A DNA stretch of 59,633 bases from Candidatus Helarchaeota archaeon. GTDB taxonomy: Archaea > Asgardarchaeota > Lokiarchaeia > Helarchaeales > RDOG01. Where the stretch lies: contig JALGVI010000004.1 of assembly GCA_029838215.1 (NCBI GenBank), positions 1-59,633 of the forward strand, read 5' to 3'. Positions 18,564-28,348 of the stretch are shown in pieces; within the stretch, counting starts at the first letter, position 1, and every line of letters starts with the position of its first letter. Below the pieces are notes generated by a model. It made no database searches, had not been told where the DNA came from, and saw nothing but the letters and a program-made list of their open reading frames with translations. A program made the position numbers and the translations under genes.

Positions 18564-19265
18564 TTATCTCGAGAATTGTTCTATATAAGAAGATATGTAA
18601 TCTTTTACCTGTCTTTTTCCTTCATACACGCCGAAATGACCTTCACATAGAATATCCGCGTTCAATTTCAACATTTTTTTAAGCGATTTTACGAATGTTT
18701 TGCGATCGGAGCCAAACAGGGGAAGCAATGGTCCGTGCGTGTCTTGACTGAACAGAATTCGAGTTCCCTTTAAATCCATGTAAGGAGCAATTCCTCCCGG
18801 AGTATGACCTGGTATGTGCAAGAAATTAACCGAAATATCTCCAATATTGACTACTTCTAATTCTCCTTTTAGGACGTGGTCTATCTTGACGGGCTCATAC
18901 GGAACTCCGTAAAAGTCCGCACCCGTTCTCGGTCCACCATTTTCGATGACATCTTTTTCAAATTCATGAGCATAGACCATCATGTCATACTTCTTCTTGA
19001 ACCATGCAGAATTTCCGACATGGTCAATATGGCAATGCGTGATGATTTGATGTTGCAGATTCTCCGGATTCAAGCCGGTTTTTTTGATATTTTCAACGAT
19101 TCGCTCAGGATTTGTTGTTCCCGTATCGATTAAGATGAGATCTTCCTGTTTATTTTCTTCTTCGAGGTAGGGATTGATGACATAACACATGCAATCTCCG
19201 GGAGAGGAAATCGTCGAGCCACCGACACAGAATACGTTTGCAATTATTTGGATCGGTTTCTTCAT
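18564..19265 (-). CDS. MBL-fold metallo-hydrolase (glyoxalase II-like)
   Basis: LIDTG, THCHIDHVG, PGHTPG, QDTHG and CEGH. Confidence 0.92.
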   Translation of the reverse strand: MKKPIQIIANVFCVGGSTISSPGDCMCYVINPYLEEENKQEDLILIDTGTTNPERIVENIKKTGLNPENLQHQIITHCHIDHVGNSAWFKKKYDMMVYAHEFEKDVIENGGPRTGADFYGVPYEPVKIDHVLKGELEVVNIGDISVNFLHIPGHTPGGIAPYMDLKGTRILFSQDTHGPLLPLFGSDRKTFVKSLKKMLKLNADILCEGHFGVYEGKRQVKDYISSYIEQFSR

Positions 19266-19374
19266 GTAGATCCCCTTGAATCGTTGGTCTGATCTTAATC
19301 AATTCTAATTACGTAAATAAATCTGTCACTCAAAGACAATTAATAAAAAATAACTCTGATTTGTCAAATGTTTT

Positions 19375-20193
19375 TTATAAATTGATGAGCGTGGTTTTCT
19401 CTTTTGTCAGCATGGCGATGACACGCGCTTTTTCATCAGGTGTCAATTCTGTTGACGCCGCCACGAAAAATCCCCTAAATGTTTTTGCGTGAATTTTTTC
19501 CATGATGCTCTTTTTCTTCAAGAATTTGTCAATTTTCTTAATATCGCTTAAGATTGAAGTGATCTCGACTATAATAGGAGGTGATTCTGAGAACCCATCT
19601 ATTTCTAATTCATTTATGTCCAAGATTTCCCTTTTTGGATTTCTCAATTTGAGTGGTTCGATTTTTACGTCTTCCATTCCTTCCGCTTTGAGGATATTGA
19701 GAACGATGTTCCTTCCAAATTGTTCAAATGGCTTGCCGAATGCAGCTAGTAACTTGTCGAGCTTCTTATCCAATCCCGTAAACCGTCTGTCCATTGCCTC
19801 GAACCGTTTATCCATTGCCTCGAACCGCTTGTTCATTTCTTCTTGCATTGCCTCGAACCGTTTATCCATTGCCTCGAAGCGTTTGTTCATTTCTTCTTGC
19901 AATGCCTCGAAACGCCTGTCCATTGCCTCGAAGCGCTTGTTCATTTCTTCTTGCAATGCCTCGAAACGCCTGTCCATTGCCTCGAAGCGCTTGTTCATTT
20001 CTTCTTGCAATGCCTCGAAACGCCTGTCCATTTGCTGGATCAATTCTTTTATGTCTTCTCCTGTTGCGATAACACCTGACAATGCGGTTATTATTGCACC
20101 CTTGATCTCGTCATTTTCACGTATCAATTTAGGTAAGATGCGTTTTAGCTTCTCGATATCGAAATTCCAATCTTCATTCTTTAGTCCGCTCAT
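19375..20193 (-). CDS. Coiled-coil repeat protein with a C-terminal PD-(D/E)xK-like domain (DUF3782-like)
   Basis: Tandem MDRRFEALQEEMNKRFEA units followed by GKPFE...ELEIDG...IIVEITS. Confidence 0.8.
   Translation of the reverse strand: MSGLKNEDWNFDIEKLKRILPKLIRENDEIKGAIITALSGVIATGEDIKELIQQMDRRFEALQEEMNKRFEAMDRRFEALQEEMNKRFEAMDRRFEALQEEMNKRFEAMDKRFEAMQEEMNKRFEAMDKRFEAMDRRFTGLDKKLDKLLAAFGKPFEQFGRNIVLNILKAEGMEDVKIEPLKLRNPKREILDINELEIDGFSESPPIIVEITSILSDIKKIDKFLKKKSIMEKIHAKTFRGFFVAASTELTPDEKARVIAMLTKEKTTLINL
19781..20031. repeat. Intragenic tandem repeat: four 54-bp units plus 21-bp subunits
   Basis: Unit ccattgcctcgaagcgcttgttcatttcttcttgcaatgcctcgaaacgcctgt is visible directly. Each unit encodes 7+11 residues. 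Confidence 0.95.
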
Positions 20194-20269
20194 TGTAAAA
20201 ACACTATTTTAATATCGTTTCATAGATATATCAATTTATGGGAATGACAGAAATTTGGATTCTATTTTC

Positions 20270-21322
20270 TTACGATTTTTGATTTATTCCATCAACTTGG
20301 CAATTATCTGAAAATTCTTCGCTTTTTTTTATCAATTTTAGGATTTTTCCGATTTGACTACCAATTCTTTTTTTGAGAATTCTTTGAATTGCTTTTAATC
20401 TTTCATCATTGAAAGTCCCATGTTTTTGAATCATCTCCATCAACAGGTTGATGGTTTTTTCGGCTTCATCTCTTTTTTTACTGAGGTCTCTTTCTAATAA
20501 TTGTTTCATTTCATCCAATCTTCGTTGATATTGATCCATTTCTTCTCCTGAAATTCCACGGTTCAACCCGAGTTCTGTTTCTTCATATCCTTGGAAAAAA
20601 TGGGCAATAATGATTTCTTCAGGTGATTGTCTTCTCTTGGTTTTTTTTGGAAGCTTGTCTCCGAATAATTCTGGTTTCTGGTCAAACCTGTATTTCAAAC
20701 GAATTCTTCCATCAATGCTCTTTACCACGGTACCTTCAAACACGGGTGAGATTATATGCAATTTCTCGTTTAATGTGCTCATATCATCAAAATATCCAAG
20801 GAGCGGAATTAGATGCAAGTTGAATTCCTTACAAAGCTGTTCCACTTCATCAAATTTTAAGAATCGTTCCTTTTCGGAGCGGTCCAAGTCCATTATGTCA
20901 AAAATGAAGTAACCAATATCTTCAAAACCAAAATTTTGCTTGTAGTAATCCACGTGAAGATTTGCAAGTGTTTTTTTTCCAAGTACTTCCATGACGAGAA
21001 CTTTTTTGCCGTGTTTTTTAAAGAATTTCAGGAAAACCGATGAAAACTCTTTCCGTAGCATTACTGTTGTCTTCGCACAAACATGGCCGCCTCTTAAAAC
21101 AGCAATGAAATCGTCCATTTTGGGGATGTAAGAGAGTCGGATGTTATAACCGTTGATCTTCAATTGGGCAACCATTTTGCCGGGAATGGACGTGAGGTGT
21201 AAGAGTTTAGGATAGGGAGGTATCATTATATCCCCTATTCTCACTCTTCCATTCGTACTTAAAATCTCCCCTTCAATGCTAGCTAACGAATACTTTCCAC
21301 TTTCATTTACGACTAAATTCAT
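20270..21322 (-). CDS. ATP-dependent RNA ligase, archaeal Rnl3 (Pab1020-like) family
   Basis: Nucleotidyltransferase motifs: I LKINGYNIR, Ia LRGGHVC, III MEVLG, IIIa YFIFDI, IV EGTVVK and V LKY. Confidence 0.8.
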   Translation of the reverse strand: MNLVVNESGKYSLASIEGEILSTNGRVRIGDIMIPPYPKLLHLTSIPGKMVAQLKINGYNIRLSYIPKMDDFIAVLRGGHVCAKTTVMLRKEFSSVFLKFFKKHGKKVLVMEVLGKKTLANLHVDYYKQNFGFEDIGYFIFDIMDLDRSEKERFLKFDEVEQLCKEFNLHLIPLLGYFDDMSTLNEKLHIISPVFEGTVVKSIDGRIRLKYRFDQKPELFGDKLPKKTKRRQSPEEIIIAHFFQGYEETELGLNRGISGEEMDQYQRRLDEMKQLLERDLSKKRDEAEKTINLLMEMIQKHGTFNDERLKAIQRILKKRIGSQIGKILKLIKKSEEFSDNCQVDGINQKS

Positions 21323-21552
21323 TTTCTTTTCTCTCGGATTTGCTATGTTCTATTTGTTACAATAAGTATTTTAATTCCCCTGCTTCATGCGGATGCATGC
21401 ATGCTACTGATTCCTATAAATATCTTGCTCATTCTAACCATGTTTATTTCAAAATAAAATTAAATCTAATAATTTTATCATTTAAAGAAATCTTTTTAAA
21501 AACGGCATCCGAAATTTATTCCGATGTCAATATTTTAGCCGAGGAATTAAAG

Positions 21553-22584
21553 ATGGCAATGCAAAAAGTGTTTGATTATTTAAAAGAAAAAGGCGTGGAA
21601 ATAGATGAAGCTCTATTGAAGTATGTTGAAAATGGTGTGGACATTTCTGAAAAGGATGAATTTAAACACGATTTCAAAATAGATAATTATCCTGAACACC
21701 ATAATGAAAGCTGGTATTTTAATTTCATAGATTTTGACGCAAATGTTCAATTAGTTACCCGTGTTTCTCTTGAGATGGGTGCTAAAAAGTCTGATGTCAT
21801 GCTGATCATTATAATAGATAGGAAGACTGAAACCTATCTAAATCGTTTGATTATTGATGGGTGGCCAGAAAGCGACATTTATGGTGATAAACGCGTGAAG
21901 TATGAGTGTCTAGAACCAATGAAGAAATGGCACGTTACAGCCAAGCATCGTAAATTTGAAGTTGATGTCATTTTTGAAGCTCGTTTTCCTCCATTCAATT
22001 ACTTGAGTCATGAAGATCCGCTCGAGGCTTTCAAGAAATATGGCGTTGAAATGTTGCAGGTTGCAGCCCAACAACATTACGAACAGGGAATGAAAGTCAC
22101 GGGAACCGTAAAAATCAAGGAAAAACGTGAGGTAAAAGAGGTTCGACAGATTAATTGTTATGGTCATCGGGATCATTCTTGGGGTACAAGAGACTGGGTG
22201 AATATTGATCGATGGAATTGGATTTCAGCCCAATTTGATGATTGCACGATCAATGCGGCACGTGTTGAAGTTTTTGGAAAAATACTCACATCAGGCTTCA
22301 TATCAACTTCGGAAGGTAATGAGCACGTTACAAATGTTGAAGTAACCACTGAGTGTGGTTATAAGGATGATGAACGCGCTCCAAAATCGTCGACATTTAA
22401 GTTAACAACGAAAAACAGGCAGGTAACTCTTACGTCGCACACGTGGAAGTCTTTATACCTTAAAAGACCTTCTGAACGTGGATTAACCGAGATTTATGAA
22501 CAAATCGTTAATTTTGAAATGGATGGAAAGAAAGGAACAGGAATCTCTGAATACATGAGCTCGACCAAAAAAGAAGGTGCTTGA
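21553..22584 (+). CDS. AttH/CrtC/tocopherol-cyclase-like beta-barrel protein
   Basis: HNESWYFNF...QHYEQ...GHRDHSWGTRDW motifs. ATG at 21553 follows the SD GAGGA; the ORF-track extension to 21340 is intergenic-like. Confidence 0.65.
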   Translation: MAMQKVFDYLKEKGVEIDEALLKYVENGVDISEKDEFKHDFKIDNYPEHHNESWYFNFIDFDANVQLVTRVSLEMGAKKSDVMLIIIIDRKTETYLNRLIIDGWPESDIYGDKRVKYECLEPMKKWHVTAKHRKFEVDVIFEARFPPFNYLSHEDPLEAFKKYGVEMLQVAAQQHYEQGMKVTGTVKIKEKREVKEVRQINCYGHRDHSWGTRDWVNIDRWNWISAQFDDCTINAARVEVFGKILTSGFISTSEGNEHVTNVEVTTECGYKDDERAPKSSTFKLTTKNRQVTLTSHTWKSLYLKRPSERGLTEIYEQIVNFEMDGKKGTGISEYMSSTKKEGA

Positions 22585-23889
22585 TTGTACGGCGACATTA
22601 GTGATGAAAAGGCAAACGATCTCATTTACTATTTGTCTGAAAACATCAGGAAGGGAATTATGGGAAGAAGCGTTATCGAAAGTCAGCTCTTCCCTGTCAC
22701 CACTTACATTTCCACAGCTTGTTATATCCTATACGATCAGGGTTTTGAATATCGTGTAATGAAGGAAGTTGCGAAAAAAATCAAGGCTGAGACCATTGCA
22801 CGTCGTTGCAAGACTCCAGCTTCGTATCTGAATCAATTGGCATTTCACACATTGGCGATGCTTTATCTACATGGACGGGCTTCTGTCATTAGTGACATAA
22901 AACACGCCAATAAAAAGAAAGCAACACCCGATCCCATTGAAACTGAAGAACAAAAATTCCAGACGAAGTTCATTCTTGATTATTGGCAGAATTTAAGTCC
23001 GAATTACCGGAATGATGGCATGCTTACGGCAGAAGATGGTGGAAATACAATTGTTTGCTTGGATCAGAACGTGATCGACAGACTCTATTCCGAAATGATT
23101 CCCGTTAAGGAAAAATCAATTATTTCTAAGATGAAACGCACGACTGCAATGCTAACGAATTATAATTTCTTGATGCAAGCAGAATGTCGAGCCGGCATAT
23201 TCGAACACGGACCGTATTATGTTGAAGGAACTGATGAAGTCATATTTTTTAAAGAATTCCAATTTCTGTATGATGGAAAGGAAATTGGTGACATGGACCT
23301 ATCTAAGTATATAGATCACATAAAGACAAAGCACGTTTCCCCTATCGGAAACGTTATTTTTGGATTTGGACTGCGGGGCATGGAAGAAGTGCAATTTAAT
23401 GATTGGGGAACTTCATTCTTTAAACCACCCGATTACATAGAACATATTTCCTCAATGGGAATGTGGACAAAAGAATACACGCATCCAAAGGATTATCGAT
23501 ATCCCGATAAGTTGGGAAACGTCGTTCCAGTAAAGTTCGATGTGATGAATGATCTACAAGCATATGCTCAGGGTGCACTGAACGAGTTCTATCTTCGGGT
23601 TGCTAATTGGGATTACATGAAAAAGTTGATGCTGGGCGTTAATCTTTATGCAAATTTTATTGCATTTTATGCCGTTTACGCAGGAATGGAGAATGAATTT
23701 GCATGGAATTGGGTTGATGACGTTCTCGAGAATAAACAGCGGAATGATCTCGTAGACATCGAAAAAGTCAAAGGTTACATCAAGAGATTGCAGCAAAATC
23801 CCGCGGGAGCACATCCCTTTCTGGGTAGATTCTTTCGTTCAAAGAAACAACGTAAAAAAGATCCCACGCTCTATTTCCTATCGGAGTAA
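22585..23889 (+). CDS. Hypothetical protein (434 aa), second gene of a four-gene operon
   Basis: The TTG start directly abuts the upstream TGA. Conserved-looking blocks YRNDG and ECRAGIFEHGPY. No family recognised with confidence. Confidence 0.8.
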   Translation: MYGDISDEKANDLIYYLSENIRKGIMGRSVIESQLFPVTTYISTACYILYDQGFEYRVMKEVAKKIKAETIARRCKTPASYLNQLAFHTLAMLYLHGRASVISDIKHANKKKATPDPIETEEQKFQTKFILDYWQNLSPNYRNDGMLTAEDGGNTIVCLDQNVIDRLYSEMIPVKEKSIISKMKRTTAMLTNYNFLMQAECRAGIFEHGPYYVEGTDEVIFFKEFQFLYDGKEIGDMDLSKYIDHIKTKHVSPIGNVIFGFGLRGMEEVQFNDWGTSFFKPPDYIEHISSMGMWTKEYTHPKDYRYPDKLGNVVPVKFDVMNDLQAYAQGALNEFYLRVANWDYMKKLMLGVNLYANFIAFYAVYAGMENEFAWNWVDDVLENKQRNDLVDIEKVKGYIKRLQQNPAGAHPFLGRFFRSKKQRKKDPTLYFLSE

Positions 23890-23920
23890 AAACTCCAATT
23901 TTTTATTTTGGTAATTGAAA

Positions 23921-25312
23921 ATGACGAAATATGATTTAATTATTGTTGGTGGTGGACCTGCCGGTGCAATGGCTGGTTACTACGCTGCACGAGAAGGACT
24001 GAAATCACTCATTTTAGAACGTAGTCAAAAACCGGGACAAACAACCGTTTCTGGATGCGGACTTTCTCCCAAGTTATGGCGTGATTTTGACTTCATGGAC
24101 GAGATATTCGAGCTTCCACACAGGATTGCAGACATGGCAACGGTTCATTTTGTAGATAAAAATAATAAGGAACGAAGTAGCATTAGTTTCACGCCTTCAG
24201 ATCAAGCATCCTATGATGCTGCTAAAAAGTTTCTCACGGTAAACGTGTATCGAGGATTGCTCGATCCGTGGTTGATGAACTACGCTACTTCAGAAGGAGC
24301 CATCCTAAAAGCCTCAACTTGCGTAATGGATTTACTTAAAGATGATAAGGGCAAGGTTTCTGGTGTCATTACTGATTCTGGCGAAACGTTCGAAGCTCCA
24401 TTGGTATTGGGATGCGAAGGTGTGATTTCCGTCGTGGCACAAAAATCAGGACTTCGAAAACGGTGGCTTCCATCCGAGGCATGTTGGATGGTAAATTATG
24501 ATTTCGCTTCAACAAAAGAAATTATAGATGAGATGATAGGCGGAAATGCTCTTCATTACTGGTATGCTGGATCCTTTCCAACGGCTTATACCTTTTATAA
24601 TGTTGATGGTTTTCATTTTGGATTAGGGTCATTTTTCGATCACGTAAAAAATCAGTCTTGGAATCCCCAAAGCTTGTTAAAAGAATTTTATAAAGTTGAA
24701 GGCGTCCGGCGACAAATTAAAATTTGTCAAGGAAAGGCCCGTGAATATCAAGCACATATTTTGCCAATGATTAGCGATCCTGGAAAGACTTATGCTGATA
24801 ACATCTTGCTGTTAGGCGATGCTGCAGGATTTTTATGTCCATTTGAAGCCGAAGGCGTTTATTATGCGATGCTTTCGGGTAAACATGCGATTGAAACTGC
24901 TGTTGAGGCGCAACAAGCGGGCGATTATTCCGAGACGACTTTAAAAGTATATGAGAACAAGTGGAGAAATTCTCCAATCGGTGAAGAATTCATTCTCGGA
25001 CCTGCTTTTTCAAGTATTGTCCGCGGGCTTTTCTTCAATCCCGTCACTACAGGGGAATTCGTGGATGCCGTGAATGACCTCCTATATGGTCTGGCAAACG
25101 TGGCGGAAAGCCATTATTACAATCTTAACAACTTGGAAAACGTTATGGAAAGGCATTTCCCGTTTCTGAGCAGGGTTTTGAGCGAATATGCTGAGCCATT
25201 CATGGATGGTTTCACTCAAAAGCCGCCAATTCCCATCACGCAGATTATAAAGACATATCTTGATCAACAAATTAAAAAACGTGCCAGACAGGAGAAGAAG
25301 AGAAATGAATGA
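23921..25312 (+). CDS. FAD-dependent oxidoreductase, FixC/geranylgeranyl-reductase superfamily (FixC-like)
   Basis: YDLIIVGGGPAG, ILERSQKPG and LLGDAAGF...EGVYYAMLSG. Has AYTFYN.DGFHFGLG instead of the GGR YxWxFP motif. Confidence 0.85.
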   Translation: MTKYDLIIVGGGPAGAMAGYYAAREGLKSLILERSQKPGQTTVSGCGLSPKLWRDFDFMDEIFELPHRIADMATVHFVDKNNKERSSISFTPSDQASYDAAKKFLTVNVYRGLLDPWLMNYATSEGAILKASTCVMDLLKDDKGKVSGVITDSGETFEAPLVLGCEGVISVVAQKSGLRKRWLPSEACWMVNYDFASTKEIIDEMIGGNALHYWYAGSFPTAYTFYNVDGFHFGLGSFFDHVKNQSWNPQSLLKEFYKVEGVRRQIKICQGKAREYQAHILPMISDPGKTYADNILLLGDAAGFLCPFEAEGVYYAMLSGKHAIETAVEAQQAGDYSETTLKVYENKWRNSPIGEEFILGPAFSSIVRGLFFNPVTTGEFVDAVNDLLYGLANVAESHYYNLNNLENVMERHFPFLSRVLSEYAEPFMDGFTQKPPIPITQIIKTYLDQQIKKRARQEKKRNE

Positions 25313-25586
25313 ACATCTGGTAGATCCAAAGACGATAATACGGAAGACCGGACCTGAAACTGGCGATTATATTACAGTAGACGAAGAAAAATGCAATGGA
25401 TGCGGCAAATGTACAATTATCTGTCCTGTTAGTCTCTATGAGATCGTCGATGGTAAATCTCGCTTAAATTCTGAATATGAAAAATGGTGCTTGGAATGTG
25501 CTCATTGCTGGGTGATTTGTCCGAACCAAGCCATCTCATTCCATTATCCAAAAGGTGGTTCTGGAATCCTTTATGAAAAAGGATGA
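25305..25586 (+). CDS. FixX-like 2x[4Fe-4S] ferredoxin
   Basis: CNGCGKCTIICP, CLECAHCWVICP and the FixX-type tail YPKGGSGILY. Overlaps the upstream stop by 8 nt. Confidence 0.88.
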   Translation: MNEHLVDPKTIIRKTGPETGDYITVDEEKCNGCGKCTIICPVSLYEIVDGKSRLNSEYEKWCLECAHCWVICPNQAISFHYPKGGSGILYEKG

Positions 25587-25674
25587 TTTGCTCAATTAAC
25601 GCAAATCGTCTTATCTCCGTTTTTTTTTAAGCTGAAAATGAAATCTGCTCAATTCCCTGACTCAAAAGAGATTT

Positions 25675-26877
25675 CTAATGAATTTTTGATAGCATCCAGT
25701 CGAGACTATACCTGTTTTCATATCCATTCCAGAAACGTGCGAGGATGATAAATCCCAAGAAAAATCCGATTATTGGAATTAAAGCCCACGGAAAGAAGAA
25801 AGATGACCTGATGGGAATGACGAGGTTTAGACCGTCCAAAAGAACGCCTATGATCACTCCGTGCATGAAGTATATTGTTAATGGTAGTTTTCCCGGGTAT
25901 TCGATGGGTGCGAGAATTCCAACGTCGAATCCCTTGTAATCCGCCAATCGATAAAATCCGTAAAACATTAACATGAAACCACTAATGCATTCCAAGCAAT
26001 AAAATATGGGATCAACATGAAGCGGAAGCGGAAACACAAAGTTGGAAATGATAAAAATTATCCATCCTATTGTTATCAGAACGTAGCTATAATGCATTAG
26101 CCGTCTTTTCATTCCCTGTAAATTTTTTTCTCGAGTATATCTGACTATGATATCAGCAACGATGGTACCCAAAATGTTGAAAAAAATCCAGGGCATTATC
26201 GGATAATTTCCGCACCATAAAATTTGAATGATGAAATTTATCAATACAAGTCCCATATTTCCTTGCATTAAATAGGTCCAACTTGCAAAGCGCGGCACGT
26301 ATAGGTAATCCATTCCCAGCCAGAGATGTTCCAAAGGTAGAAAAAGTGGATATCCAAACAAGAGTGGGAGATAGGTCATCATTGACATCATTACGAGTAG
26401 CCCAACTGCAAGGATGACACGGTATTTCATGCGTAAAAAAAGCGTGAAATATGTCAATATCATCAATAACCCGAGAGAATGTAAAAGATCCCAGAAAAAA
26501 ATCAAATTAAAAATTCTATCTGGCGTTAGAAACCAAAAACTCCGAATAAAACTAAATGAGTATCCGAGTAATATTACTAAGGTTCCTCTTTTCAACACGT
26601 GTGAGAAAATCTTGCGTTCTGTTTTTTTTGCTTCCCTTCGTTTCATCGTGGCGATGCCGAGGCTTAATCCACTTACCGTGAAAAAAAAAGGAGCACTAAT
26701 AAATCCACTATGAGTTAAAATCCCGTAAATGACGCCGTCGAAATTAGTAATCAACAAGGCGTTGTAAGAAAAAAACATCGTGAAATGAACCCAAATCATT
26801 ATTAGGATGGCAAATCCACGCATTATGTCGATACCGTGAATCCTCTGGAATATTGCTTTAGAATCGCCTTTACTCAT
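25675..26877 (-). CDS. DUF1624/HGSNAT-like membrane acyltransferase, paralog 2
   Basis: RIHGIDIMRGFAILIMIWVHF, APFFFTVSG, WDLLHSLG, YPIMPW and PLTIYFMH. About 10 TM helices. Confidence 0.8.
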   Translation of the reverse strand: MSKGDSKAIFQRIHGIDIMRGFAILIMIWVHFTMFFSYNALLITNFDGVIYGILTHSGFISAPFFFTVSGLSLGIATMKRREAKKTERKIFSHVLKRGTLVILLGYSFSFIRSFWFLTPDRIFNLIFFWDLLHSLGLLMILTYFTLFLRMKYRVILAVGLLVMMSMMTYLPLLFGYPLFLPLEHLWLGMDYLYVPRFASWTYLMQGNMGLVLINFIIQILWCGNYPIMPWIFFNILGTIVADIIVRYTREKNLQGMKRRLMHYSYVLITIGWIIFIISNFVFPLPLHVDPIFYCLECISGFMLMFYGFYRLADYKGFDVGILAPIEYPGKLPLTIYFMHGVIIGVLLDGLNLVIPIRSSFFFPWALIPIIGFFLGFIILARFWNGYENRYSLDWMLSKIH

Positions 26878-27001
26878 GCCATCTCGCCCTATTTAAGCAG
26901 AAACCTTGGGAGATTTTGCTACTTTCAATCTCGTGTCTCAGAGATTCTTTTTTATTTTAATTACGAATGGAAATTTAAATTTAATTTAATTTTATATTTT
27001 T

Positions 27002-28219
27002 TTAATCTATTTTTGAAAGCAACCAATCAAGATTGTACTTGTATTCGTTTAGACTCCAAATATAGCCCAAAAGTGTAACACCGATAAAGATCAGGCATAC
27101 AGGGATGAGAACCATTGGGAAATAAAGTTGATACTTAATCGGAAAGATTTTATTAATACCTTCAAGTATGATTCCAATTATAACACCGTGTACTAGATAT
27201 ATGGTTAACGGTATACGCCCTACATGTTCAGCGGGAGAAAAGATCCAGCCCGGTCGCCGTTTGAAGTCATATGTCCAAAATATACCAAAAGTAAATAATG
27301 TGGTAATCGTGATGCAGAAGAAGCAATACGTTGCAGGTGTTAGTTCCCACGGTATGATCCATGGATTTGTCAATGGAATGTTTGTTAAGAAGAAGATCAA
27401 TGTTGCCAAACCAAGAAAAACTAGACAATATTGAATGATTTTTTTAGCTAGACCCAAATCATCTCCTATTTCAGCATATTTCAATAATGTTTCTGCCAAG
27501 ATGGTACCGAAAATTGTAAAAGAAATCCAAGGAATGACAGGATAATTTCCATACCAAAAAATCTGCATTAAAAAGTCGATGATGAGTAATCCAATGTTGC
27601 CTTGAATGAGAAATGTCCAGCTCCAAAGATTTTTTTCGTAATAGTAATCCACGCCTTCCCAAAGGTAAAATAAGGTATTCGTGGGTTCAGGAGCACCAAA
27701 TAAAAGAGGAATGTAACCAATCAAAAAGGTTGCCCCAATTATGGCACCAAGTATAATTAAACGTTTTCTGATAGAAAGTTTCAAGCAAAAAAATGTAAGG
27801 ATCATTAGCAAGCCTAAAGAATGCAGGAGATCCCAGAAAAATAGGAAATTGATTATTGAATCTGGACGAAATATCCAAAAAACTCGAATGAAACTAAATA
27901 AATAGCCAAACAGAATTACTAATGCTCCTCTCTTGATGACATGATTTCGTATTCTTTTTCCATTTATATTTTTCGCCCGTCGTCTCTTTGTTGCAATTGT
28001 CAGGCTCATTCCGCTCATTATATAGAAAAAAGGAGCTGAAAATGGTCCCGCGTGTGTTAGAGCACCGTGAACGATATAATCCGATATATCAAGAAATAAC
28101 GCGTGATGCGAAAAAAACATCATGAAATGAACCCAAACCATTATCATGATTGCGACACCGCGCATCACGTCGATGGCATGAATCCTTTTGGCAAGTAATT
28201 CATCCACGCCCGGGCTCAT
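27002..28219 (-). CDS. DUF1624/HGSNAT-like membrane acyltransferase, paralog 1
   Basis: RIHAIDVMRGVAIMIMVWVHF, APFFYIMSG, WDLLHSLG, YPVIPW and PLTIYLVH. Confidence 0.8.
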   Translation of the reverse strand: MSPGVDELLAKRIHAIDVMRGVAIMIMVWVHFMMFFSHHALFLDISDYIVHGALTHAGPFSAPFFYIMSGMSLTIATKRRRAKNINGKRIRNHVIKRGALVILFGYLFSFIRVFWIFRPDSIINFLFFWDLLHSLGLLMILTFFCLKLSIRKRLIILGAIIGATFLIGYIPLLFGAPEPTNTLFYLWEGVDYYYEKNLWSWTFLIQGNIGLLIIDFLMQIFWYGNYPVIPWISFTIFGTILAETLLKYAEIGDDLGLAKKIIQYCLVFLGLATLIFFLTNIPLTNPWIIPWELTPATYCFFCITITTLFTFGIFWTYDFKRRPGWIFSPAEHVGRIPLTIYLVHGVIIGIILEGINKIFPIKYQLYFPMVLIPVCLIFIGVTLLGYIWSLNEYKYNLDWLLSKID

Positions 28220-28348
28220 GTGCGTTAGCCGTCTCCTTGTATATTTGTCTTTAATGGTCCAAAACTTGTTACACGATTTGTTTCAAATTTAAAAAGGATT
28301 TGCTTTTAGTGGAGGACTTGATGAAAGAGGAAAATAAAATTCAAGAAT

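Noticed and set aside
19781-20031. Possible CRISPR array
   Set aside because: The units are contiguous with no unique spacers, have lengths that are multiples of 3, and lie inside a CDS. No cas genes are present.
19502-20212. Long + strand ORFs (236, 92 and 78 aa) over the repeat region
   Set aside because: They are antisense shadows of the stop-free 54-bp tandem repeat; the minus-strand protein has the coherent domain structure.
23921-25312. Digeranylgeranylglycerophospholipid reductase (GGR)
   Set aside because: It lacks the PxxYxWxFP signature and is coupled to a FixX-type ferredoxin, so it was called FixC-like instead.
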